Shown: piece by piece, positions 38,190 to 49,200 of the stretch
Numbering within the stretch: position 1 is the stretch's first letter
Layout of the letters: each line of letters opens with the position of its first letter
IMG/VR virus record: IMGVR_UViG_3300027881_000014
Coordinates: 1-59,405 of that record
Length of the DNA stretch: 59,405 nt
Reading direction: 5' to 3' (one strand)
DNA from: a virus
Taxonomy: Duplodnaviria; Caudoviricetes
Position numbers and translations under genes: made by a program
The notes under the pieces: model-generated
Databases searched by the model: none
Seen by the model: only the letters and a program-made list of their open reading frames with translations
What the model was told of the DNA's origin: nothing

Positions 38190-38427
38190 CATATGGGAAA
38201 TAGCTGATCCTTATTCTTGGAAGAGTTTTAAGAAAAATTCTGGAAAAAATTTGCGGCCTTTTTTAAATCTATATCAGAAAGATGAGGAAGGGTATATGGA
38301 ATTTCTCGATAGGTTTGAGAGTAAGCTAGGCATCAGCTCTCCAGTCGAAGTTTTTGTACGTCTTTGGTATCCTCCAGTAAGGTTGAGAATCAACCGTTTC
38401 TTTGGCAGTGAACCATTCATGTCCTAA
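38182..38427 (+). CDS. Hypothetical protein overlapping the TerL 3' end convergently
   Basis: ATG coupled to the preceding stop; ~100-nt convergent overlap. Confidence 0.3.
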   Translation: MINIWEIADPYSWKSFKKNSGKNLRPFLNLYQKDEEGYMEFLDRFESKLGISSPVEVFVRLWYPPVRLRINRFFGSEPFMS

Positions 38428-40239
38428 ATTTTCAGGAAATTCTAAACCATAAAAAGAACATTCTAATGAGTCAGCACAATCATCATGAGTACTCTTACCG
38501 AGATATTCTAACTGATACTCTAACTTCGAAAGGCCAGGATCGTGATAAACCATTCTTGTCTCGTAGTATGGTAGACATGTATTCAGGATGCGCTCCTCTT
38601 TGCGACCTTCCAGTTTCGTTTGCTTCCTTGGATAAACATACGTTTCGTAATTTTTATTTTCCTGGAATACTCGACGCATCTCATTCACAACAGCTTCCTC
38701 CTCTCCGGCAACACCCACCTTTATCCGTGAAGGATGAAATCGTAATGCGAGCCGAAAACATTCGTCGACGATACCGCGCTTCCGCAATGCATCACGATTT
38801 AGGATTACCTTCGAGTAGCGAAGATCTTCAATTGGAGCTGAACTTGCGTCGTCACGTATCGAGAATTTTGCAATCGCCTGATGCAATACAAGAATTCGGT
38901 GGTCAGGAAGAGTGGCTGTAACTGTAATCACTGCATCATCCTTACCCGTACCTGCTAAATCCACACCAAACTGAGTTTGACATATTGTCCACTCATCATC
39001 CCACTCTGGTACTTTTATCCAGGAATGATAATGTTCCCACTTGTATTCCCAAGGGGGGAGTGTGTTGAAGAAGTCCTTACGGAACCGTCTGTCCTCGGGA
39101 CTTTTTGTAACATGGAAATACTCCTGATAGAGTCCAGACACAATTTGGTTATGAACGGCCTCTTGGTACTTAAGAGCAAGGAGGTAGAGATCAATCCGTT
39201 CGGGCCAGGCGAGCTCCCACTTATAAGAAACTTGTACGTCAGCGAAGTACTTCTTTTGTTTATGTTGACGTTCATCTTTATCCTCCACTTCATGAAATGG
39301 TAAATAGCATGTAGATATATCCCAATCTACTTTAATATGATCTTCAACAAACTTATGAAACTTATCGATGGGCATGAGCTCTATCTTACGTGTATGCCAC
39401 TGAGGATTATTCTCAAGCTCCACAATGATAGTATCATCATGTAGGATAGTGCCTAGCACTAAAACTTTGCCCCTCACATTATCAACACTGTTCATTACAG
39501 CATTATTCCACCACCTTTTTATGTGAGCTCTTCTCTCTTCAGTAACTGTGTTGTTCTCAGAGTATATATCATCAGCAATAACAAGTGTCGGTCTACTTGC
39601 TCCTTTAACCTTCCCCCGTATCTGCTGGCCTGAGCCCACTGCTTGTACAAAGCAATTGTTGAACTTGAAAGTGGACCTTGTCCATTGTCCAGTAATGGAA
39701 TCGATAGCGTCCTTGAATTGTATGTTATAATAATATCTAAGCCGTTCACTTGTAGAAAAAGCATCTCTAATTCGCACAGTGAACTCTTCAGCTGACGTCT
39801 TCGTCTCCGAAATGATAACGATAAGGGACTCATCGATTGTAAACGTTCGAACCTCACCGTCGATAAGTATTCTAAAATCACGTCCGTTATGTGCAAGGAT
39901 ATACGACGCAAATAAAGTGTTAGCTGCCGTAGATTTCGCACTCTCCCTAAAAGAAATGAATTCATAAAGTCGTTCATACTTATTCCTATAGTCTGGGTTA
40001 TATAATTTGAGTAAGTCGATGAACATACGAATGTGGAACCACGGTGACCTATCAAAGGCAAACTCTGGCATCATCTCGTGGCACCACTTAACGATTCCTA
40101 AATCATCAACGTCTGTGTTGTCCAGCCATTCATCAAATTTAGACTCTTTGTAGTGAGTAGTGCAGAGCCCAGCCTGGGTGACTGGGTTCTGACACTTGAG
40201 GCAGTGAGTGGGTAAACTCTTAGAACCTGTAATTTTCAT
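38326..40239 (-). CDS. terL: Terminase large subunit
   Basis: Walker A FRESAKST; QIRG; RPTLVIADD Walker B; LGTILH.D; LAWPER; nuclease GVDLA and HDDCADS; N-terminal Zn finger. Confidence 0.9.
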   Translation of the reverse strand: MKITGSKSLPTHCLKCQNPVTQAGLCTTHYKESKFDEWLDNTDVDDLGIVKWCHEMMPEFAFDRSPWFHIRMFIDLLKLYNPDYRNKYERLYEFISFRESAKSTAANTLFASYILAHNGRDFRILIDGEVRTFTIDESLIVIISETKTSAEEFTVRIRDAFSTSERLRYYYNIQFKDAIDSITGQWTRSTFKFNNCFVQAVGSGQQIRGKVKGASRPTLVIADDIYSENNTVTEERRAHIKRWWNNAVMNSVDNVRGKVLVLGTILHDDTIIVELENNPQWHTRKIELMPIDKFHKFVEDHIKVDWDISTCYLPFHEVEDKDERQHKQKKYFADVQVSYKWELAWPERIDLYLLALKYQEAVHNQIVSGLYQEYFHVTKSPEDRRFRKDFFNTLPPWEYKWEHYHSWIKVPEWDDEWTICQTQFGVDLAGTGKDDAVITVTATLPDHRILVLHQAIAKFSIRDDASSAPIEDLRYSKVILNRDALRKRGIVDECFRLALRFHPSRIKVGVAGEEEAVVNEMRRVFQENKNYETYVYPRKQTKLEGRKEERILNTCLPYYETRMVYHDPGLSKLEYQLEYLGKSTHDDCADSLECSFYGLEFPENLGHEWFTAKETVDSQPYWRIPKTYKNFDWRADA

Positions 40240-40522
40240 CTACCTCTTCTGTCCAATTAATCCATGTTACAAACCAACCTAGATCAGGTTTGATATAGAA
40301 ACATGTACCATCAGCACAGATTATTCTATGTCCGCCATTATCAGCATTGAAGTATCTAGGATTGATAACTTCTAATTGCTGACCATTAGCAAACTGGTAT
40401 AATTTATTGCTGCTAACTCTTGTAAAGAATCTTGTGTTTCCATTGATAGATGTAATATTAAATCCATCTAACTTAACAGCAGATTCTTTTACTTTGTTTT
40501 TAGCTCCGGGTGTTCTTCCCAT
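40220..40522 (-). CDS. Hypothetical protein with GRTPGAKNK basic hook
   Basis: 100-aa ORF coupled to TerL. Confidence 0.5.
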   Translation of the reverse strand: MGRTPGAKNKVKESAVKLDGFNITSINGNTRFFTRVSSNKLYQFANGQQLEVINPRYFNADNGGHRIICADGTCFYIKPDLGWFVTWINWTEEVDENYRF

Positions 40523-40911
40523 TGTTTAATTCCTTTTTTAATTCTGTTTCGAATTTCTTCTGGTAGACCTTCTGTAAGTTCGATAGGCCTCTCCATTTTT
40601 TCCATTTTGTCAACGGTCCAGATAAGACCTGCAATATTCCAAAGTACAGCTGCCAGGTGATCTTCATCATTAGAGCCTTGGCCCCACTTGGTAATGTGGC
40701 GTAGTGCAGAATCAAGATAGGAGCGCAAAGGGATACCTTGCTCCCAATTTCTATCTTCATACTTAACAGCGCCATTTTCATAGTGTTTAGCCAATCGCTC
40801 CAAGACAATGAACGGGATGAGATCGTACCTTCCTTTTCCCGTAGATAGATCCCGTCTAGCCCCTGTCTCGAAATTTGTGCGTTCGCCTGAATCTTTAACT
40901 TCATTATACAT
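40489..40911 (-). CDS. dATP/dGTP diphosphohydrolase domain protein (DUF5664-like)
   Basis: FETGARRD...KGRYDLIP...GAVKYEDRNWEQGIP...SALRH...EDHLAAVLWN; start taken at MYNEVKDSG. Confidence 0.8.
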   Translation of the reverse strand: MYNEVKDSGERTNFETGARRDLSTGKGRYDLIPFIVLERLAKHYENGAVKYEDRNWEQGIPLRSYLDSALRHITKWGQGSNDEDHLAAVLWNIAGLIWTVDKMEKMERPIELTEGLPEEIRNRIKKGIKQWEEHPELKTK

Positions 40912-41281
40912 CTGTTTCCAATCCTTGATTATCAACAAACTTAATAGGCATGCCTTTTCCTTTAGCGTACTCGAGCTCAGCTTTTACACCTTTACTCTTT
41001 TCCCATTTGGAATCAGCTACAACCCATAGCTCATCGCATATATCTATAAGTGCTTTATCTAGTACTTCCCAATAGTCCCATCCCTTTAGTTGTCTACCTT
41101 TAAGGTTGGCATGTAGGTTGATGGGGTGTCCATGTGAAATGGGTGAGATTACATAGGCAGCATCTCTTAATAGAATTTTAGCAGCGATGTGATTAACTTT
41201 GTCATAGTTTGCGGCTCTGTGTTCTGCTTTTTGAGCGGAGTATGCAGTAGCCAAATATATAAATGGTTTGTTTTTTGTCAT
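40904..41281 (-). CDS. DUF1937/nucleoside 2-deoxyribosyltransferase-like protein
   Basis: IYLATAYS, SPISHGH, D..LIDICDELWV, W.KSKGVKAELEYA. Confidence 0.75.
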   Translation of the reverse strand: MTKNKPFIYLATAYSAQKAEHRAANYDKVNHIAAKILLRDAAYVISPISHGHPINLHANLKGRQLKGWDYWEVLDKALIDICDELWVVADSKWEKSKGVKAELEYAKGKGMPIKFVDNQGLETDV

Positions 41282-41949
41282 TAATCTGTTAATCCTTTTA
41301 GACTTTCGACTATGCCATATAATATAGCTATCCCGAGAATTGTACCACTAGCTACTACGGCAGGTTTTTCTATGAATGGTATGTCACGTTCTACGAATAC
41401 GGAGTCGGTTCTCCAGAATGTATCTACTTGAGCTATTTCCATTGCCCTAGGCGTTAGGTTAAACTCAATAGGTAATTCTATTTTTAATGTATCATTTTCT
41501 ACATAGGGGTAAGCTGTTGCTCTTATAATACCAACTACAGATTTAGTATCCACATGTACTACATTTTCTACATATTCAGGGTAGTAAACTACCTCTATTT
41601 CAGGTAATGTAGCGGTGTATACTGTGAAATCAGTTGTACTATCTCTCCCAACAATAGCAGGGAGGCTGAAAATGCTTGTATCAGGTACCCCAGGAATATA
41701 CGTCTCTGTACGTGAGGATCTGTAAGGCTCTGGTTTGGATACCAAAGGACTAGGGATAAGGTACAAACCCACGCCAACCAAAAGACCCACAATAATAAGG
41801 GTCCAATTGATGCCAGTATTGTTTGTTCCATTAGGTTGCCCACTTCCAGTGGAGTCTGTTGAGCCAGCCTCTGAGGTATTTTTTGTTGTTTTGAATGCGG
41901 ATAACAAGTTTCCTAAACCGAGTTTCAAAACGCTTAATATAGTTTTCAT
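41281..41949 (-). CDS. Putative spanin-like lysis protein
   Basis: Downstream of and overlapping the endolysin; N-proximal TM, beta-rich middle with DT/DS motifs, C-terminal hydrophobic helix. Confidence 0.5.
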   Translation of the reverse strand: MKTILSVLKLGLGNLLSAFKTTKNTSEAGSTDSTGSGQPNGTNNTGINWTLIIVGLLVGVGLYLIPSPLVSKPEPYRSSRTETYIPGVPDTSIFSLPAIVGRDSTTDFTVYTATLPEIEVVYYPEYVENVVHVDTKSVVGIIRATAYPYVENDTLKIELPIEFNLTPRAMEIAQVDTFWRTDSVFVERDIPFIEKPAVVASGTILGIAILYGIVESLKGLTD

Positions 41950-42355
41950 ATAATACTTCTGGGTTAATGTTGTTTACTGCAGCAAGGCTAATTGGCCCAA
42001 AATTAGAATCAACCCTGACCAAATACCCGCTAGCTTTAACAGCCTTTTGCAATATTTTGACTGCGCGTCCCCTACCATTGAGGATGCCCATATCAAACAG
42101 CTTGAAGCCCAAAGCATTGCTACGTATATAATCATAATGTCGATTCCAGTATTGGTCACGATAAATCTCTACTGCATTATTATAAGTTAGCGATTTTATA
42201 TTGAGGTGTGGGTGTGCTCTTTTAGAGATTCCCCACTTAGTCTCACCACCTCGATCGTCAGGGTCGTTAGTGTATCCCCCTGACTTATCGCCTCCTGTTT
42301 CGAAAAAGATTGATTGGCTTACGAAGAGTTTGAATCTCACTGAGTTTGACTCCAC
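41831..42355 (-). CDS. Endolysin, glycoside hydrolase family 108 with peptidoglycan-binding domain
   Basis: E...GGYTNDPDDRGGETKWGIS, IYRDQYW, LFDMG.LNG, VDSNFGP.S, YLRGWLNR. GTG start at 42355 with AAGGA SD preferred over 42523. Confidence 0.85.
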   Translation of the reverse strand: MESNSVRFKLFVSQSIFFETGGDKSGGYTNDPDDRGGETKWGISKRAHPHLNIKSLTYNNAVEIYRDQYWNRHYDYIRSNALGFKLFDMGILNGRGRAVKILQKAVKASGYLVRVDSNFGPISLAAVNNINPEVLYENYIKRFETRFRKLVIRIQNNKKYLRGWLNRLHWKWAT

Positions 42356-42587
42356 GTTTGTCCAATCCTTTTTTGACTCCTTTTCGGATTTTGTCTCCGA
42401 AACCGATTCCTGTCCAAGTATAGATGAGGATACGACCTGTTTCGACGTACCACTCATCATAGCCTTGGAGAATCTTTCCGTCCATAGTGACAAGAACCAT
42501 CCCAATAAGGGACTTATTCCCATCTAGTAGACTCCATATTTTATTTAGATGCGTCAGTATCCTCAATAGCAGGTTCACTTGGTGCAT
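42285..42587 (-). CDS. Putative holin
   Basis: WSLLDGNKSLIG motif, hydrophobic segments, basic tail; directly upstream of the endolysin. Confidence 0.45.
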   Translation of the reverse strand: MHQVNLLLRILTHLNKIWSLLDGNKSLIGMVLVTMDGKILQGYDEWYVETGRILIYTWTGIGFGDKIRKGVKKGLDKRGVKLSEIQTLRKPINLFRNRRR

Positions 42588-42930
42588 CTTTCTTTAGAAA
42601 ATATAGGTTAATTAACATAAAGATGTCGAGTGCTACCTTAAAAGAATCTTCTATAAAAGTTTCTAATTGGTCATCTTCGAGATCCAAATTATCTCTAAGA
42701 TATTGCTTTAATTCTTCAATCTCAGCAGGATCAGCTACCTTAAATTCGAACGGTACTTGTTCAGCACCTTCAAGTGCAGGCATGATCAATGTTAAGAATG
42801 GAATAAAATTAGGAATATCTAGTAAATTCAATTGACCATCAGACAATGAACTTTCGATACCTTTTCCTAAAGCAATCATCGCATCTAGTATTTGTTTGGT
42901 TTCTTTAAAACCAACTTGTACTGGATCCAT
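42541..42930 (-). CDS. Hypothetical protein in lysis module
   Basis: 129 aa with SD GGAG. Confidence 0.55.
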   Translation of the reverse strand: MDPVQVGFKETKQILDAMIALGKGIESSLSDGQLNLLDIPNFIPFLTLIMPALEGAEQVPFEFKVADPAEIEELKQYLRDNLDLEDDQLETFIEDSFKVALDIFMLINLYFLKKDAPSEPAIEDTDASK

Positions 42931-42941
42931 TTAATTCTCCA

Positions 42942-43202
42942 TTATTTATTTATATTTTGCTGTAATAGCGTCTCTAATATACTAATTTTTTCGACGGTTT
43001 GCAAGTGTAATTTATTTTGATGATCCTTGACATCTTCAAACCTATCAAGATAATTGAGTCTAATCTCAATCAACTCACGTTTCATTAGCTCTATATCCTG
43101 ATCCATACGTTTAATACGCCAGAATAATAGTGCAACAAAAGCATTTGCAAGAATACCTAAACAACTTGTAAGTACGCCTAATATAATTACTGTTGGGTCC
43201 AT
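42942..43202 (-). CDS. Single-TM coiled-coil protein (holin/antiholin-like)
   Basis: N-terminal TM plus coiled coil at the start of the lysis module. Confidence 0.5.
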   Translation of the reverse strand: MDPTVIILGVLTSCLGILANAFVALLFWRIKRMDQDIELMKRELIEIRLNYLDRFEDVKDHQNKLHLQTVEKISILETLLQQNINK

Positions 43203-43210
43203 AATCTTTT

Positions 43211-46200
43211 TTATTTAAATATTGTTTGCCATAAATTCTTACCCTTAAATAATCTATCCAAGAAAGGAACATAGGTAAATGGATCAGCTAACCATACAAG
43301 CCTAGACTTGGTATCATTAGTACCAAAACCTGTAAACCCTTTGTTATCTGTATCTACCTTCCGGCCATGAGCAAAAGACTTAGTTCTCCTACTCTCCACC
43401 CTTACATAAGGATGAGGGAATACATCTAAGTCAACTCCCCAATATAGCTTACGCTTTTGATATTGAGCGGCTCTGTTATCGGCTGATGTCCAACCCATTA
43501 TCTTTATACCTGTAGTAAAGTCATCGACTAACCAAGGTACATCTAAAAACTCTTTACTTCTTTTATCAGGAGCAGATTCAATAGCACCTAACTGATTAGC
43601 TGCATCCCACAATTGGTTATATACTCTCCATAAGAAATCAGGAGTATCATCTACTCTGCCCTTAAGAAATGTATCATCTAATCCTTTAGTAGGAACTGTA
43701 GCTATAGACTGCCATCCTAATTTCCAAAGCATACCCATAGGTAGCATTAGATCTTGTAATAACCATATTGCATTATCTCTATCATCCTCGTCATCAAAAT
43801 CAAATCCATTTTCCATTACATCAAATAAGAAGTCTAAAGCACCATAAGCTACTTGACCCATAGGATCTTGCATGTTAGTAAAACCATAGAATATACGAGT
43901 ACCAACATTCATCATGATACCAGTAAGTAAAACTTTATTTAAGATACCATGTAATAAGAGCACCTCTTTCATTGGTCCACCTGGACCTATAGTATTACCT
44001 TTTGCATCTGCAAACTTATTAATGTGATTCATCATAGTACGGATTTGTTTGATCTTAGCTACTTCTTCTGGTCTATTATGTGCTACCCTCAACATTTGAG
44101 GTATAGCATCTTTCATAATCTTTATAGCTTTAGCCATAGAGTTATACTGATACTGAGCATACTGATGGGTAATAGATCCCATCTTAGTATTAGCCCCAAA
44201 CTGTTTGTTAGCAGTACCATAGAATGCATGCCTTAATTCAACTGAGTTAACACCAAATTGTATGGCTTCTTCAGGAGTATAGCCAGCATCGATAGCTGTA
44301 TTATATCCTATAAAGAATGCTGGTATTCTAAGCTTCTCTGCCTTAGCCTGAAAGCCTAGTCCTACATTACCTGTAAAGAACTTCTTCCATGCTACACTAC
44401 CAGCTAATTTCATAACTTGCTGAGGTGTAATGCCTTGTTCTTGAGCTACATTCATAGTAGGTTTAACACCTGATTTAGCTAACTCATTAATCTTAGCCCA
44501 TAGGTTACGCTGATCATTATCACTTAAGTTAATCTTAGTATCTTTAAGTTGATCAAAAGTTACACCCTCCCATTTAAGTTTAAGTGCATTAACTTCAACC
44601 TGAATATTCATCCTAGTCACTTCATTTGTTGCTAGGTTAAACTTATGTTCTAATTCATCTAACTTTTTGCGTGTTGTTTCATACTTAGTAGCATCTTTAT
44701 ATAAATTAAATAAATATCTAATACCTTCTTTACTACTAAATTTAACTATCATGTCTTCTGGTCTAATATTAGCAGCTTCTAATGCAATAGCTAAGATATT
44801 ATCCCCAGTAAGACCAAGTCCCGTAAGCGTCTTATATAAATGTTGATCCTCTGGTAACATCGCATCAAGATCACCATGAGACATTCTTGCCCATATATCA
44901 TTACCTAATTTCCATTGTGCTTTATTATATCTAGGTGCATCTACTAAGTTATTTATAAATGCTCCTACTTGGTTGACTACTCTAGCCTTAATGGCTGCAC
45001 CCATACCCATAAAGAGTAAGCCTGTGCTTTTTTTCATCATACCTATTGCACCACTAGTTATACCTGCTGCTCCTTGTGCGAGCCTGTAATAGGACGTAGG
45101 CATTATACTTTCATACTCAGCTCCCATAAGCTGTATGTTACGTAGCCTATCTCTAGTAGCTTCTAATCTTTCAACCACACCCGTACCCGTATAGGCCATC
45201 ATAGCATTATGAACTGGTCTACCTGCTGGATCAGATGCATATAAATCTTTACGTTTGTGTCTTCCCATCAGGGATGGGTCTTTAGCTATCCGTTTAGAGG
45301 CCTTTACGATAGCCTCAGCGGCCTTAACAGAGGTTAGCCTAGCTAAGTTAACTCCTTTAAAATCTTCCTTCGTTAGGAAGCCTCTATTCAATAAATTCTG
45401 TATAACATTACGTTCACGTTGTGTGGCTTTATTTTGCTCTCTACCTGTTGCTAAGAGACCGGTGATAGTTTGGTTATAGCGTGCAATATCTTGCCTAGCT
45501 TCCCAACCCACCTTAGCAGCATCAACTACAAAGTGTACTTCATCTTTAGTTATCTTCTTAACTATACCTGAATGTTGTGCTGTACCCCATGAAGTTAAAG
45601 TATTATTAGGTTGTAGTATAGAGGTCTCTTTAGTAAAATGAACCTGTTGTCCTGGTTTAACATCTCCCCATGACATAACCTTAGATTTTAACTCTTTATC
45701 ACCTATTTGATTAGCATACCAATTACGTGTAAGTTCAATAACATTATTACGTTCACCTGCTAGTCTAGCATTACCCTGATACAATAACCAATCAGCTAAT
45801 AGACCATCTTTTGTTAATCCATCTATTAATTTCGTATTATAATTTAGATGTATATTAGGATCAGTCTTAGTATAATGAGTAGCATCAGGCATCTTACGTG
45901 GAATAAAGTTAGGTATAATGCTACCTGAATTCCAACCTGCTGATACTATATCCCATTGTTGCAATGCCCCTGTATGAGCAAGCTTTCTAATTTCATCTCT
46001 ATCCTTTGTAAGATCAAGTCTTGCTAAAGGGTTACCAGTATTATATTTTTGTGCAAATGCTATTTGTCTTTCAAGATCTTTAACAGCATGTCTTAGATAT
46101 CCCTTCATCCACATAGCTTTATATCTAGCTATAGGGAACTGATGAGGCATATAATTACCCTTAAATACTTCAACAGCCTGAAGCATTGCTCTATACTTGC

Positions 46201-49200
46201 GTATCATAGCATCTACTCTCAATGCTGAGTCTAAGTGTTGTGCGCCTTCCAGTTCTTCTCTTGTTCTTTCTAAGTACTCTAGTGCCTGCCTTAATATCAT
46301 GGGCACTTGTACGTCATACATTTCTCGTATGTCTATAGCGCCGATGAGTCCGAGCTTTTGTACTGGTGATAGCTTGCTAAAATGGTTATCTATTAGGTCA
46401 CTTACATTATCATATACATGTTCTTGACCCAGCGTTACTACATACTGCGTAACACCTTCTGCGTTTGGACGTACTGTAACTCTTTGTTTACTTGATAAGT
46501 CTTCAGCTAATGTAAATATTTGTTTACGTCTAGCTTCTAATAACATATCATCCTTATCAGTTACTTGATTTACTAAGTTAGATATTAAACGCGTACGAGC
46601 AGTATGTTCAATGTGTGTCTTCTCTGATGCTACTGAAGCATATTCAGATGCCCACTTTCTTCTGAATTGATTATGCGATAGTATCTGAGTAATAGTATCA
46701 TATCTTTTAACCTGATTCGTAAGAGTAACTTGATGCGTAGACAATGCCCTATGCATAGCCTGTGATTTATTCTTAGTTATAGAACTCTCGCCCATGGTAA
46801 TGAATGAACGTATAGCATGAGTAAGTCTTGATATTCTTACATCTTCTCCTGTCTGATCAGTTACGCCTTGTTCATTCCAAACAAATGATATAACATCATC
46901 TTTAGGAGAGAACACTCTAGTTAATTTTTCTGATAGTTCAGTAACTAAGTCATAACCTATAATATTAGAACCTATCCTACGCATAAACGTAAGATTCTTA
47001 TTACGTGCACCTTCTCTTTTCCTTACAGCAGTAAAAAGATAATACATCTCTATGATAGTACCTTTTAGTAACTTATTACTAGGATCTTCTCCTATATTTT
47101 GCCTTAAGAATGTTTCAATAATATTACTACCTTCATATTTATCTACAGCAATAGCAATATGAGTTGTATCTACATCTTTATATTTCTTTTGAAACTCTGC
47201 ATCACTCAATTGGGTAACGTCTTTTACTAAGTCTTTATAAAATACACCATTTTCAGATAGAGCCTTAATAGTAAGCGTATTTTGCAATAACTTCTTCAAT
47301 TGCTCTCTGCCATGCTGCCAATCCTTACCTATCATAGACTTATAAAACTTTCTAAAGCTAGGATCTTTAGCTACCTTAGCATGTTCATTAACATAGTCCA
47401 TAAAGAAATGCTTAAAAGTATGTTCAGGACTTTCTACATGAGCATCTTCATATATCATATCTACGTTAGCATCAACACCATCTTGTAAGACTTGATTAGT
47501 CTTTTGTTGATCTTGAGGGCTACGTTGTGCATTCACATGAGAGTATAGTTGCATCCACAAGTTCATTAGTTGAGGCTCAAACTGAGCCATAAGACTTAAT
47601 GCTATATGGTTGCTCTGATATCTAAATGGTTTTGCTGGATCATATGCTGACTGATTCACTATAAAGCCAGTAGCCTTACGTTCTAACATTCCTTGATCAC
47701 TTGTCTGGGCTAAGAGCCCTAACCAGAATGCTACTTGATCATCAGTAGTAAATTTCCTTGTACCATATAGGTTCTCAGCTAGATACGCTTCAAGTATTCT
47801 CTGTCTCGTATCCATATTTAAATTTCTTGGGAGTTTAAGAAGACTAGACATCTGCACTCTATTAAAAGTACCTTCAGACTTGTTTTCTACGCCTTCCCAT
47901 AGGCCATTTTCTTCGGTCAATAGTCTACGAAGAAGATCAGCTCCTTCACTAGTGCTTTTATTAATCTCTGTATGGGTATACTTTTTCTTATTAAGCAAGA
48001 ATACAAGTTTACCAGCACCATCAGACTTGACTCCTATTCTCTTACCACGAAAGACAAGTGCTATAGGGGCAACATTATCTTGTAAGAATAAGAAGTTTTG
48101 ATTTAATATATCTTTCCACAAGATTGGATATGTTTTAGCATGAGCCTCTCTCGTAATTCTTAATTGTTCTGATACACCTTTTGCATCTTCTTGTTCAAAA
48201 GTTTCATCAAAAGCATGTAATATGCTATTAGCTTCTGCTCTAACACTTCTTAATTGATTATGCCAATAAGCTTTAGTCTTGTCATTACCTTCTTGTAATC
48301 TACCTTCAAAAAAATCTGCTGATCTAGGCATTAAGGATAATGAAATAGCATCGCTATCAACATGTATTTGTCTACCATCTCTCTGGAACGGAGTAAAAGC
48401 ATTACCTACTCTAGCATCTACTTCTTTAAAATCAATAATAGCATCTTTAAGATCTTGTTGTGATGCAGCCGATAGCTTAGCTCTAAGCTTCTCAAAGTGT
48501 GCCGTATTCTTTAACATAGCTCTTACATCCTCTACAGGATTTTTGCTACTAGTACGCATTAAACTTAATATTCTTTGAGCTGGTTTATAAGCTATGCGTT
48601 TACCAATTTTAAAAACATTTGCACCTTGACTAGGTTTATGGGAAGTAACATCATCCCACATAGACTTCACAGCTGGGTAGTATGGTAGGGCTCCTGTAGA
48701 GGCTAATACTTGGTTGATCAAATGATCCTTGTAAGTATTCCCAGGCATATCACGCAGCATCTCCGCTGCATTGACATTGCGAATCATGTTGAATAATGGG
48801 TAAGCATAGACGTCATCAACTTCCATCTTGCTTACGAAGCTTTGTAAGAACGCATATCTTTGCTTAAGTACTAAGAGACCAGCTTTATAATCTTTGGTAT
48901 TCTTAAAGTACTTACGTTCTAATTGTGTCTTCCCATCATTAATATATTGATCAACAAGAGATAAAAGTCCTTGCTTATCATTACGAGCAAGTACATCTAA
49001 CTTATGTTGTGCCTTACGTAATTGCTGTAAGGTTTCATAATAATCTAATTTCTCAAAGGTCTCTGGGTTACGTTGCCGTGCTAAGTTAAATGCCTCAGCA
49101 AATAACAAGTTCTGGAATCCTTTTAAAGTAGTATACATATTATCTGTATTAGTAAACTTACCTTGAGTTTTATCCATAGCTTGTATTGCTACTGAATCAT

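Noticed and set aside
40489-40911. 2-aminoadenine (Z) genome pathway
   Set aside because: No PurZ-like synthetase or phage DNA polymerase recognised; this domain is widespread without Z-DNA.
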